Below are positions 9,023 through 18,464 of a stretch of DNA of 64,000 nt, piece by piece (the stretch's first letter is position 1; each line of letters begins with the position of its first letter). The stretch covers positions 101,426 through 165,425 of the forward strand of contig JALHQN010000010.1 of assembly GCA_022841915.1 (NCBI GenBank), given 5' to 3'. Source of the stretch: Burkholderiales bacterium (GTDB taxonomy: Bacteria > Pseudomonadota > Gammaproteobacteria > Burkholderiales > WYBJ01). The notes under the pieces were generated by a model, which saw only the letters and a list, made by a program, of their open reading frames with translations, did no database searches and had not been told where the DNA came from. The position numbers and the translations under genes were made by a program.

Positions 9023-10318
9023 ATGGCCGCACCGAGCGCCGCCACGATCCGGAGTTGCGTCGAGGCAGCCCTGCCGCTTGCCGAGCGTCTGTTCACGCAA
9101 CTGCGCCAGCACACGGCCGATGGCCCGGGCGTGAGCCGCGAGCCTTATGCGGCCGGCGAACAGTACGCGCATGATCTGATCGCGGCGGCAGGACGCGAAT
9201 CCGGGCTGGAGGTGGCGACCGACTGCGCCGGCAATCTCTACGTCACGCTGGCGGGCGCGGATCGCAGCCTGCCCGGTTGGATCACCGGGTCGCATCTCGA
9301 TTCGGTGCCGATGGGCGGCAATTTCGACGGTGCGGCCGGTGTCATCGCCGGCCTCGTCGTACTCGTCGGCCTGCGGCAAGCCGGTGTGCAGCCCTTGCGC
9401 GACATCACGGTGATGGGTGTGCGCGCCGAGGAAGTCAGCAGCTGGTTCGGCGGCAGCCACAAGGGACATATCGGCAGTCGTGCCGCGCTCGGCATGCTCG
9501 ATCTCGCGGAATTGGAGCAGGCGGTCAACGTGCGCACCGGGGCAACCCTCGCGCAGCAGATGCAGGCCGCGGGCTTTCCGCCTGCAGCCCTGGCGTCGGC
9601 GCCGCCTTATCTGCGGCCGGAGCGTTACCACGGCTATCTCGAACTGCATATCGAGCAGGGGCCGGTGCTTGAACGCCAGGGCTTGCCCGTCGGCGTGGTT
9701 ACCGGCATACGTGGCTCGATGCGCGCCCGCAGCGCTCGCTGCATCGGCGCGTACACGCACTCGGGCGCGGTGCCGCACGAGTACCGCAGCGATGCCGTGC
9801 TGGCCACCGTCGCGCTGGTCGGCGGACTGGACTGCGCCTGGGAACAAGTGCGAGCCGAGCATGGCGATCTGGTGTTTACCGTCGGCAAGCTCTATACCGA
9901 CGACCAGGCGCACTCGATCACCAAGGTGCCGGGCGAGGCTTCGTTCTCGATCGATCTGCGCAGTCAGGACCTCGCGACCTTGCAGGCGATGGAGGCACGC
10001 GCCCGAGCGTTAGCCGAGTCGATCGCCGCGGAGCGTCGCGTGCGTTTCGAGTTGGGATCGTTCGACCTGTCGCCCCCGGCTGCGATGGACGCCGGTCTGC
10101 AGGCGCTCTTGGCCGAAGGCAGCCGCGAGCTCGGCATCGCCTGCGGCACACTGCCCAGCGGGGCCGGGCACGACGCGCAGGATTTCGCTCATGCGGGTTT
10201 TCCTGCGGGGATGGTGTTCGTGCGCAATGCCCATGGCAGCCACAACCCGGACGAGGCGATGGAACTCGCCGACTTCAGCCTTGGGACGCAAGTGCTGGCG
10301 TGGGCGCTGACCCGCTGA
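9023..10318 (+). CDS. M20-family amidohydrolase (allantoate amidohydrolase / N-carbamoyl-amino-acid hydrolase type)
   Basis: GWITGSHLDSVPMGGNFDGAAGVIAGL and HSGAVP motifs. It starts 3 nt after the upstream stop. Confidence 0.8.
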   Translation: MAAPSAATIRSCVEAALPLAERLFTQLRQHTADGPGVSREPYAAGEQYAHDLIAAAGRESGLEVATDCAGNLYVTLAGADRSLPGWITGSHLDSVPMGGNFDGAAGVIAGLVVLVGLRQAGVQPLRDITVMGVRAEEVSSWFGGSHKGHIGSRAALGMLDLAELEQAVNVRTGATLAQQMQAAGFPPAALASAPPYLRPERYHGYLELHIEQGPVLERQGLPVGVVTGIRGSMRARSARCIGAYTHSGAVPHEYRSDAVLATVALVGGLDCAWEQVRAEHGDLVFTVGKLYTDDQAHSITKVPGEASFSIDLRSQDLATLQAMEARARALAESIAAERRVRFELGSFDLSPPAAMDAGLQALLAEGSRELGIACGTLPSGAGHDAQDFAHAGFPAGMVFVRNAHGSHNPDEAMELADFSLGTQVLAWALTR

Positions 10319-10322
10319 GCCT

Positions 10323-11483
10323 TCACCAGGCTGCGGCCAGGGCTTGCTCGATGACCTCGGGCGCATCGATCGGACGCGGGTTGAAGGTCAGTCCCGGTTC
10401 GGCCATGACCCGCGCTGCCAGCTCCGGCATCTGCTCGCGCCGGAACGCGGTATCGCGCAACTGTTGCGGCAAATCGGCGCGTCGGGCGAATGCACGCAGC
10501 TTGGCGCAGATCTCGCGCACCTGGGCCGCGGTATCGCCGCGGCTCGAGGCCAGTCCGAGGGTGTCGGCGATGCGTGCCGTCTCGGCGGGGCAATGCGGCA
10601 GGTTGAAGGCCAGCGCATGCGGCAGCACCAGGCTGTTGACGTCACCATGCGAGAGCTGCGCCATCGGTCCTAGCTTGTGGCAGATCGAGTGATGCAGGGC
10701 GGTGCGTGCATTGACGATCGCTGCGCCGGCGAGATACGAGCCGAGCAACAAGTCCTCGGCACCGGTGCCGCCGTCGAGCCGGGCGTCGAGGCCGCGCCAC
10801 AGCCGTCGCAGTCCGTCGAGCGCCATGAGATCCGAGATCGGCGTGCGCGCCTTGGAATAGCAGGCCTCGAAGCAATGCGCCAGTGCATTCATCGCCGAGC
10901 CCGCGAGCACACGCACAGGCACATCTTCGATCAGTTCCGGATCGAGCACGATCAGCGCGGCGGCGAGCGCCGGGTCGCGGAACAGCACCTTGTACCCGTC
11001 CGTGCGGGTGAGGCTGAACCCAGGCGTGATTTCCGCGCCCGACAGCGTGTTGGGCAGTGCGATGATCGGCACTTTGGGGCTGCGGCTGGGTTCGCCGACC
11101 ACCACGCCTTGCTCGCGGCGAATGGCGAAGCGTTCGATCGCGTCGCCTTCCGCGAGGGCGAGCGCGATGCCCTTGGCCAGGTCGGAAGCGCTGCCGCCGC
11201 CGAAGGCGACGATGGCGTCGGACACATGCGCTCGCGCCTGTGCCGCGCCGACGATGGCTGCGGGCAGGGGCGCATGCGGCTCGACACCGGAGAACACGTC
11301 GATCGCGCCGGCAGGAAAGCGCGCGAGCATGCTTTGCAACTGGGGATCGCGCTGCGCTCGCAGGCTGCATACGAGCAGTGGTCGCGAGACGCCGAGCTCC
11401 TGCAGCAGCACGGGAAGATCCGCGGCCGCGCCGCAGCGGTACAGAACTCGTTGACGAGGAAACCAATGATTGAAGCTGTTCAT
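10323..11483 (-). CDS. Iron-containing alcohol dehydrogenase family (maleylacetate reductase-like)
   Basis: 386-aa ORF with AFGGGSASDLAK nucleotide-binding and HxxxH-type metal segments (ALHHSICHKLG). Confidence 0.8.
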   Translation of the reverse strand: MNSFNHWFPRQRVLYRCGAAADLPVLLQELGVSRPLLVCSLRAQRDPQLQSMLARFPAGAIDVFSGVEPHAPLPAAIVGAAQARAHVSDAIVAFGGGSASDLAKGIALALAEGDAIERFAIRREQGVVVGEPSRSPKVPIIALPNTLSGAEITPGFSLTRTDGYKVLFRDPALAAALIVLDPELIEDVPVRVLAGSAMNALAHCFEACYSKARTPISDLMALDGLRRLWRGLDARLDGGTGAEDLLLGSYLAGAAIVNARTALHHSICHKLGPMAQLSHGDVNSLVLPHALAFNLPHCPAETARIADTLGLASSRGDTAAQVREICAKLRAFARRADLPQQLRDTAFRREQMPELAARVMAEPGLTFNPRPIDAPEVIEQALAAAW

Positions 11484-11587
11484 CTTGTCGTTCCATCCGC
11501 GTGGCGTTGGCGTGCGCCGATGATAGCTGCAGGGTGTGGCTCAGGCTATGCGGTGCATGGGGCGCGCGTTCGCAAGAGCAGTCGGCC

Positions 11588-12229
11588 ATGACCTCGCGCA
11601 TGGGCATACTGGTGTCGTCGTTCGACTACTCGCCGGTCGCCGAGGATGAGTTTCACGACTGGTACGACATGGAGCACATTCCCGAGCGACGTCGTATTCC
11701 CGGCTTCCTGTGTTGCCGGCGCTGGCTCGGCGTGGACGAGCCGAAGGTTTCGATGACGACCTACGATCTTGCCTCGATCGAGGTGTTGCGCAGCCCGGGC
11801 TACCTCGCGATCGGCTACGAGAACAACTCTCCCTGGACGCGCCGCGTCGGCTGGCGATGCATCAAGCGCCTGCGGTTCGAAGGCGAGCAGGTCTGCCCCG
11901 GGGATCGATTGCCGCCCGAGGAGGCCCGCGGTTTGCTCGTCTGGGCGAGCAACATCGATCCGGCGCACGCCGATGCGTCTTCGCGTTGGTACGACGAGAC
12001 GTTCTTGCCGGCGCTTTCGCAGGTGCCCGGCGTGCTCTGCGCGCGTCGTTTTCGCGCCACGAACAGCACGCACGGCCAGGTGGTGATCTTTCATCTGGCG
12101 GATACCGGCGTGGTGCGCGATCCGGCATGGCAGCAGGTGGCGGCAGGCCCGCAAGCAGTCGCCATGATGACGCACGAGCAGGATCGCTTGTCGACCCTGT
12201 GCCGAAGCTACGAGCGAGCGAACAGTTGA
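11588..12229 (+). CDS. Hypothetical protein with an internally duplicated EthD/DUF4286-like (dimeric alpha-beta barrel-like) module
   Basis: Two related halves are visible (EDEFHDWYDMEHIPERRRIPGFLCCRRW and SSRWYDETFLPALSQVPGVLCARRF). The start is taken at ATG 11588. Confidence 0.5.
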   Translation: MTSRMGILVSSFDYSPVAEDEFHDWYDMEHIPERRRIPGFLCCRRWLGVDEPKVSMTTYDLASIEVLRSPGYLAIGYENNSPWTRRVGWRCIKRLRFEGEQVCPGDRLPPEEARGLLVWASNIDPAHADASSRWYDETFLPALSQVPGVLCARRFRATNSTHGQVVIFHLADTGVVRDPAWQQVAAGPQAVAMMTHEQDRLSTLCRSYERANS

Positions 12230-12299
12230 GGCAGGAAGGCGGCCTCGAACACCGGCTTGAAAATCCGCCCGCCGTTCGCCAGACTGTTCCGCAAGTCGA

Positions 12300-13184
12300 T
12301 CAAGACGGGTTGTATGCCCCCTTGGGATGCCGCTGAACGCAACTGCTCATCGGCTTCCAGCCGTAGACCTTGGCGCAGGTCTCTCCCATGAGCTTGGCCT
12401 TGTCGCTCTCGCTCAAGCGCTGGTTCAGGCGGAACGGCTCCACGCCATTGATATAGGGAAAGAGCGGATAGGTTCGGGTCCAGTCCGTGCCCCACAGGCA
12501 GCGATCCAGGCCCCAGGCATCGAATACGCGTTGCAGGTTGTCCCAGATGTCGTCGTGGGGGTAGGGTTGGGTCGACATGGTGCATGCGCCGCTCACCTTG
12601 ACGACTGCGTTCGGGCGCTTGGCGAGTGCGAGTAGTTTCGGCAGATCGGCCCAGGCCTCGGGCATCGCGGGCATCTTGCGCGGCTGGCGGATGCCCAGGT
12701 GGTCGAGGACGAAGCGCGTCTGCGGATGGCGGTCGATCAGGGCCGTGGCGGCGTCCAGGTTGCCCGAGCACTGGAAATTCACCGGCAGGCCCTGGCGTGC
12801 GGCTTCTCGCGCGACGACGTCGATGCCTTGCGTCTTCGGATCCAGTCCGAGATGCGCGCCGAGCATGAGACGGACCGCCACCGCTCCGGGCGTTCTTTTC
12901 CATTCGGCGATGGTCTCGCCCACGGCCGGATTCTCCGGATCGACCGGCCTCACGATGGCGAAGCGCTCGGGATGGGTGCGCTGCACCTCGATCGCGTAAC
13001 TGGGATCGAACGCATACATGCCTCTGGGAGAGACCGCGATCGCACCGTCGACGCCGACCGCATCCATGGCCATCACCATTTCATCCGCGGTGACGTGGGG
13101 TCGACCATCGTCATGGGGTTGCGCCCAGGGGCGTTGCGGCGAATCGGCGAGGAAGGGGTGGACCTGACAGTCGATGACGAGCAT
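12300..13184 (-). CDS. Amidohydrolase-2 family metal-dependent hydrolase
   Basis: ATG at 13184 is preceded by AGGAGG. N-terminus is MLVIDCQVHPF, with an internal VLDHLG and a C-terminal WGTDW. Confidence 0.75.
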   Translation of the reverse strand: MLVIDCQVHPFLADSPQRPWAQPHDDGRPHVTADEMVMAMDAVGVDGAIAVSPRGMYAFDPSYAIEVQRTHPERFAIVRPVDPENPAVGETIAEWKRTPGAVAVRLMLGAHLGLDPKTQGIDVVAREAARQGLPVNFQCSGNLDAATALIDRHPQTRFVLDHLGIRQPRKMPAMPEAWADLPKLLALAKRPNAVVKVSGACTMSTQPYPHDDIWDNLQRVFDAWGLDRCLWGTDWTRTYPLFPYINGVEPFRLNQRLSESDKAKLMGETCAKVYGWKPMSSCVQRHPKGAYNPS

Positions 13185-13457
13185 ATGAGCCTCCTGGGGA
13201 ATGCCGATTGGAATGATGTATCGATGCAGACGCTCGCCGTGCCCGAGCTCAGGGCGGCGCATTCGCTCGGTGCGAGTCTAGCGCTCGCTCCGCCGAGGGT
13301 CCATCCAAGGCGGTTTCGGCATCGATCGTCGATGCGAGCGCCTCGCGCTCCGCCGCGTCGTGGCGGGGTTGAACTGATGTAATCTCATCGCAGGGACAGG
13401 GCGAAAATCGCCTCGACGCGCCGGACGACCGGCGCCAACCAAGGGAGCACACGGGAC

Positions 13458-14249
13458 ATGAACCTCGATCTGAAGGGTAAATCGGTATTGGTCACCGGCG
13501 GGAATCGGGGCATCGGCCTCGGCATTGCGCTGGCTTTTGCCGAGGAAGGTGCGAACGTCGTCGTCTGCGGTCGCGACACGGCGGCGCTGGCGGATGCGCA
13601 AGCGAAGATCGCGGCGAAGGGTGTGAAGGCGAAGGCCGTGGCGGTCGATCTTTTTACCGCCGAGGGATGCAAGGCGGCGGTGCAGGCGGCGGTCGATGCC
13701 TTCGGCGGGCTCGACATACTCGTCAACAACGCCTCGACCAACATCAGCGGAAACATCGAGACACTCGACGACGAGGGCTTGATGGAGCGACTCAACGGCA
13801 AGACGCTCGCGTACATGCGCTGCTGCCGCGCCGCCTTGCCGCACCTTCGGCGGTCCTCGCGCGGTCGGGTCATCTGCATCGGCGGCGCCGCTGCGCGCCA
13901 TGCTGGCGCCACCGCTCTGCCCAGTGCGCTTGGCAATTCGGCGCTGGTTGCCTTCGTCAAGCAGTTCAGCACGACGGTCGCTGCGGAAGGCATCACTGCG
14001 AATGTCGTGCATCCGCCTTTCACCAAGACCGATCGCTACCCGGCGCGCCTCGCCGCGCGCGCGAAGCAGCTGGGGGTGAGCGCGGAGGCGGCCGAGGCGA
14101 GTTTCATTGAGCAGTTTCCCATCGGGCGCCTCGTGGAGCCCTCGGATATCGCACCCATGGTGCTCTTTCTCGCCTCGCCGCACGCTGCGGCGCTCACGGG
14201 CCAGAGCATTTGCATCGACGGCGGCTCGACGCCGGGCACGTACTACTGA
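13458..14249 (+). CDS. SDR-family oxidoreductase
   Basis: TGGNRGIGLGIA Rossmann motif and a classical SDR length of 263 aa. Confidence 0.9.
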   Translation: MNLDLKGKSVLVTGGNRGIGLGIALAFAEEGANVVVCGRDTAALADAQAKIAAKGVKAKAVAVDLFTAEGCKAAVQAAVDAFGGLDILVNNASTNISGNIETLDDEGLMERLNGKTLAYMRCCRAALPHLRRSSRGRVICIGGAAARHAGATALPSALGNSALVAFVKQFSTTVAAEGITANVVHPPFTKTDRYPARLAARAKQLGVSAEAAEASFIEQFPIGRLVEPSDIAPMVLFLASPHAAALTGQSICIDGGSTPGTYY

Positions 14250-14253
14250 GGCA

Positions 14254-14296
14254 CGCGGGCTGCGTTGCGCTCGCAGCCGCGCGCGAGCTTTTTTTA
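14254..14296 (+). terminator. Rho-independent terminator
   Basis: GC-rich hairpin (ggctgcg-ttgcgct-cgcagcc plus flanking pairs) followed by a T7 run at 14289-14295, a few nt after the SDR stop. Confidence 0.65.
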
Positions 14297-14542
14297 TCGG
14301 TCGCGCTTGGTCGAATTTTCCCCAGGAATCTTCCCGGTTGAGGTTGTCCAATTCGATAGATCGGGTCAGACGCGGATAACTAGGCATGGGGGGCGAGGCC
14401 GCCGGCGCACTGCCTTGCCCTGACCGGGATCGCTTCGCCATGAGCAAGCGATCGCGACCTCGTGGTTCGTGCGCGGATGTCGGACATCGACAGGCCGCCT
14501 TGAGAACGACTATCGACGGAGCGCCTATCGTGCCTCCGAGCA

Positions 14543-15502
14543 ATGCGGGACCCTGGCGACGACGCTGTGAACATTAGAACGATCCATGTCATGCTTTTTC
14601 TTTCGCTGCTCGTCCATGGCGTGGCGCTATGGACGTCGCCGCCTCGGATTCGCGTGACTACGGAGGAGAGTGCGCGTCGAGATGAGCGCGCCCCACTGGA
14701 GCTTCTCCTGCAGCCGCGGGCGACACCGATTCCCGCGAAACCTGCCGAGCCCGCGTTGCCGCCCACGTTCGTTGAGCCCTCGCCACCTGTCAGTCCGGTG
14801 CGGCCCAAGCGAGTCGAGCGGCCGCCCGTCCCCGCCCCCGCACCACCCGCAAGAATGACGCGAAAGGCGGCTCCCTCGGAGCCCTTGGCCTATTCCGTTC
14901 CCGAGCCGGTGCCACCCCCAGTTCCAACGCCGACGCCGATACCATCCCCGGCTCCAATCCCGACGCCGACACCGAGCCCGCCCCCTCGGGTCGCCCCCGA
15001 TATGGATCTGTCATCGTACATCGAGGCTCGGCGTCGCGCTCGCCAACCGAGCGAATCCGCGCCGACACCCAGCGCGCCGGCTGCGGTGGAAGAAACCGAG
15101 ACCGCGCGCGCAAATCGAATCGCCGCGGCGAATCTGGGCCTGGGGAACAAGCCGAGCTTCGGCGAAGACAGGACGGGCGGTGGCGTGTTCCAGCTTCGGC
15201 GCGTGAGTTTCGACTCCGCGGAATATCTCTTCTACGGTTGGAACGATGACATCCGGCGCGATACCACGCAGGTCATCACGGTGCGCCGAGGTTTGCATTC
15301 GGACATCCGCCGCGCCGTCGTCCGCAGCATGATGGAGATCATCCGCCGCCACGAGCAAGGCGATTTTCTTTGGCAGTCGCACCGTTTGGGCCGCAACGTC
15401 AGCTTGTCGGCGCGACCTGCCGACGATGGCGGCCTGGAAGCCTTCCTGACGGAGGAGTTCTTCGACGAAGATCGGCGGCCGCCGGCGTCTCGCTTGCCGT
15501 AG
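14543..15502 (+). CDS. TonB-like membrane-anchored proline-rich protein with a non-canonical C-terminal domain
   Basis: N-terminal TM segment contains an SxxxH pattern (LSLLVHG) as in TonB. A long Pro-rich spacer follows (PVPPPVPTPTPIPSPAPIPTPTPSPPP). The C-terminal ~120 aa do not resemble TonB_C. The start could instead be ATG 14591. Confidence 0.5.
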   Translation: MRDPGDDAVNIRTIHVMLFLSLLVHGVALWTSPPRIRVTTEESARRDERAPLELLLQPRATPIPAKPAEPALPPTFVEPSPPVSPVRPKRVERPPVPAPAPPARMTRKAAPSEPLAYSVPEPVPPPVPTPTPIPSPAPIPTPTPSPPPRVAPDMDLSSYIEARRRARQPSESAPTPSAPAAVEETETARANRIAAANLGLGNKPSFGEDRTGGGVFQLRRVSFDSAEYLFYGWNDDIRRDTTQVITVRRGLHSDIRRAVVRSMMEIIRRHEQGDFLWQSHRLGRNVSLSARPADDGGLEAFLTEEFFDEDRRPPASRLP

Positions 15503-15530
15503 CCGACGGGCAGCGCGATCATCTCGCCTC

Positions 15531-15722
15531 ATGACATCCTCGGTTCCGCCCAGCGGCGATCCTATGCCCCAGCCGCCTCAGCCCCCGGACTTGGCCGACT
15601 GCTGCGCCAGTGGCTGCGATCCTTGCATCTTCGATCTGCACGAACGTGCGATGGATCGGTATCGGCAGGCCTTGCGAGAATGGCGAGAGCGGCATCCCGA
15701 GGCGGCGTTCGGAGAGAATTGA
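15531..15722 (+). CDS. Small oxidoreductase-like-domain protein (CCxSGCxxC motif)
   Basis: 63-aa ORF with DCCASGCDPCIFD, matching the Cys motif of the Oxidored-like N-terminal domain as I recall it. Confidence 0.5.
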   Translation: MTSSVPPSGDPMPQPPQPPDLADCCASGCDPCIFDLHERAMDRYRQALREWRERHPEAAFGEN

Positions 15723-16026
15723 CGACGAACGCGCTCGGCATGCGTTCTGTGCTGACGTGTCGCAGCACAGCCCATGTCGATGTTGTTGCCGGAGACTTGG
15801 GTCCCAGGTGATTCGGCGAGCCGGTGTTCGAGACCCCAGCGACTTGCGAGGACGGGTCAGCGTCCAGCCACCGCCGGGCATTCCACGGGATAATGCGTGA
15901 GGCCGGACGAGTCGATGATCGACCGCGGGCGGACCTGGGATGACACCGGTGGCCCGGGGTCGGTCCGTCCCGGCGAGCGTATCCGTGATGCCCGATGGGC
16001 GGCGTATCAACCAAGAGGACGTGAAG

Positions 16027-17100
16027 ATGGATTCTGTACTGGTGTTGAACAACGAAACTGTCGAGCGGGCGCTTTCGCTGGACGATTGCATGGACGCCAT
16101 CGAGCGGATGTATCGGGCCGTGGCGGCCGGTCGGGCGGTCGAAGGGTTGCGCGACCAGACGCATGTTCCGCTCGGTGAACCGCATCTGGCCTATTGCCTG
16201 AAGACGATGAACGGCGCGCTGCTCGACGCGGGGTACATGATCCTGCGCATTTCCTCGGACGTGAACGACACCACGCCCGTCAACGGCGTCGCAGTGACGC
16301 GCCATCTGGCGCGCGGTCCGGGTGGGACGAGCTGCGGTTTCGTCATTGTCTTTCGCACCGACAATCTCGCCCCGGTCGCGATCGTCCACGACGACTGGCT
16401 ACAACTGGTCCGCGTGGGTTGCACCGGCGCGGTGAGCGTGCGCTGCCTGGCAAGGGAGGACGCAGGCGACCTCGCGCTGATCGGCACCGGCGGGCAGGCA
16501 TGGTGGCACTTGGCGGCGATTGCCCGAGTCCGCAGGCTGCGACGAGTCCGGGTTTACAGTCCCACGCCCGCCAACCGCGAGCGCTTCGCCCAGCGCGCTT
16601 CCGAAGCGCTCGGGCTGCAGGTCGAACCGATGCCGGACGTGCGCACCGCCGTCGACGGGGCCGACATCGTGGTGGCGGCGACCAACGTCAGCCAGCCGAT
16701 CCTCCACGGCGGCTGGCTGGCGCCCGGAGCCCATGTGGTCTCGATCGTCAGCAGCGAACGCGTGCGGCCGCGCCGCGAAATCGACGATGAAGTCGTGCGC
16801 CGCGCCGCGCGCGTCGTCGCCCACTGGAAGCCCTATGCGATGCGCCAGGAGGCCGCCGATCTCGCCGAGCCGATTGCCAAGGGCATCTTGGGTTGGGACG
16901 ACATCGATAGCCTGTGCGACGTGGTCGCGGGCAAGGTGAAGGGGCGCGCTTCGGACACCGACATCACGCTGTTCAAGAACGACGCCGGCATGGGGCTGCA
17001 GTTCGCGGCACTCGCGCCGCTGGCCTACGAGCGAGCCCGGGATGCCGGCCTCGGTACCGCATTGCCGGCCTCGCTGTTCCTGCAGGCGCCGATGCATTGA
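16027..17100 (+). CDS. Ornithine cyclodeaminase / mu-crystallin family protein
   Basis: Start at ATG 16027 (MDSVLVLNNETVERAL). Rossmann segment LALIGTGGQAWWH. Confidence 0.85.
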   Translation: MDSVLVLNNETVERALSLDDCMDAIERMYRAVAAGRAVEGLRDQTHVPLGEPHLAYCLKTMNGALLDAGYMILRISSDVNDTTPVNGVAVTRHLARGPGGTSCGFVIVFRTDNLAPVAIVHDDWLQLVRVGCTGAVSVRCLAREDAGDLALIGTGGQAWWHLAAIARVRRLRRVRVYSPTPANRERFAQRASEALGLQVEPMPDVRTAVDGADIVVAATNVSQPILHGGWLAPGAHVVSIVSSERVRPRREIDDEVVRRAARVVAHWKPYAMRQEAADLAEPIAKGILGWDDIDSLCDVVAGKVKGRASDTDITLFKNDAGMGLQFAALAPLAYERARDAGLGTALPASLFLQAPMH

Positions 17101-17273
17101 ATCCCTCGGCCGAGCCCGCCAGGGTGCTCGTGTCGGATTGACCGCCCTTCCACCCGGCGCTACAGTCGGGCGAGGAAGGGCCAAGCGTTGCGCTGCAATG
17201 CTCATGTCCTGGCGAGTTCCAGGTGCCTGCCAATGCGGGTGCTTCGCGGGTCAAAATAGGGGGAGACGGTCCA

Positions 17274-18446
17274 ATGACGAGGCTAGATCGCTGCTACAAC
17301 ATTTTCGACCTGCGCGAGGCTGCGAAGCGCCGCCTGCCTAAGGGCATTTTCGAATACGTCGACAAGGGCACCGAGGACGGCATCTCCCTGGAGGAAAATC
17401 GGGCGGCGTTTCAGCGCATCAAGCTGCGCACGCGTTTCCTCAACGACTGGTCGCGTCGTGATCTCGGCACCGAGATCTTCGGCGAGCGCATCAAGCTGCC
17501 GTTCGGAATCGCGCCCACCGGCAGCGCGGGACTGATGTGGTATCAAGGTGAACTGGAGCTGGCGAGGGCCGCTGCGGCCGCCGGCATTCCCTTCACCTTG
17601 GCCACGGGGGCGTTGACCTCCCTGGAGGACGTCACCAAGGCGCTGCCCGATGCGCGCAAGTGGTTTCAGCTCTACCCCTGGGAGGACGAGGCGGCCTCGT
17701 ACGAAATGGTCACGCGTGCGCGCGATCTGGGCTGGGAGGCGCTGGTGGTTACGATCGATCATGCGCCCGGTCGGGGCCGCGAGCACAACGAGCGCAACGG
17801 CTTTTCCTTCCCCTTCACGCCGAACTTCACGGCTGCGGCCGACATGATGATGCATCCCGGGTGGATGTGGCGCGTGATGCGCAAGTACCTCATCAACGAA
17901 GGCATGCCCACAAACGCCAATTTTCCCGAGCGCTACCGCTTCTCGGTCATCGACGGCAAGACGCGGGTGCGGCCGAAGCGATTCGAGGCGATGACCTGGG
18001 AGCACATCCGGAAATTCCGCGACTTCTGGCCGCGCAAGCTGATCGTGAAAAGCATCCTGAGCGGTGATCAGGCGCGGGCTGCCGTCGATGCAGGCGCCGA
18101 TGGCGTGGTGGTCTCGAATCACGGCGGGCGCGCGTTCGACAGCGCCGTGGCGACCATAGACATACTGCCGGAAATCGTGGAGGCCGTCGGCGACCGCTGC
18201 ACGGTCATCCTCGACAGCGGTGTGCGGCGCGGCAGCGACGTCGTCAAGGCCTTGGCGCTCGGGGCCAAGATGGTCCTGGTCGGCAGGGCGACCCTTTATG
18301 GCACAGCGTGCGGCGGGCAGGCCGGCGCCGCGAGGGCGATCAAGATACTGGCCGAGGAGATGGAGCGCTCCTTCGGTTACGTGGGTGCACGGCGAGTCTC
18401 GGAAATCGGCCCGCACATCTTCGCGCACCACAGCCCTGGTCCGTAA
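17274..18446 (+). CDS. FMN-dependent alpha-hydroxy acid dehydrogenase/oxidase (LldD/glycolate oxidase family)
   Basis: Start at ATG 17274. Motifs: FDLREAAKRRLPKGIFEYVDKGTEDG, VVSNHGGR, DSGVRRGSDVVKALALGA. Confidence 0.85.
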   Translation: MTRLDRCYNIFDLREAAKRRLPKGIFEYVDKGTEDGISLEENRAAFQRIKLRTRFLNDWSRRDLGTEIFGERIKLPFGIAPTGSAGLMWYQGELELARAAAAAGIPFTLATGALTSLEDVTKALPDARKWFQLYPWEDEAASYEMVTRARDLGWEALVVTIDHAPGRGREHNERNGFSFPFTPNFTAAADMMMHPGWMWRVMRKYLINEGMPTNANFPERYRFSVIDGKTRVRPKRFEAMTWEHIRKFRDFWPRKLIVKSILSGDQARAAVDAGADGVVVSNHGGRAFDSAVATIDILPEIVEAVGDRCTVILDSGVRRGSDVVKALALGAKMVLVGRATLYGTACGGQAGAARAIKILAEEMERSFGYVGARRVSEIGPHIFAHHSPGP

Positions 18447-18464
18447 GTTCCGCGCAGGTGTCGC

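Noticed and set aside
15747-15770. 8-bp-stem hairpin ctgtgctg-acgtgtcg-cagcacag after the small Cys-motif ORF.
   Set aside because: No T-tract follows and stems of this size are common by chance in GC-rich DNA. It was not annotated as a terminator.
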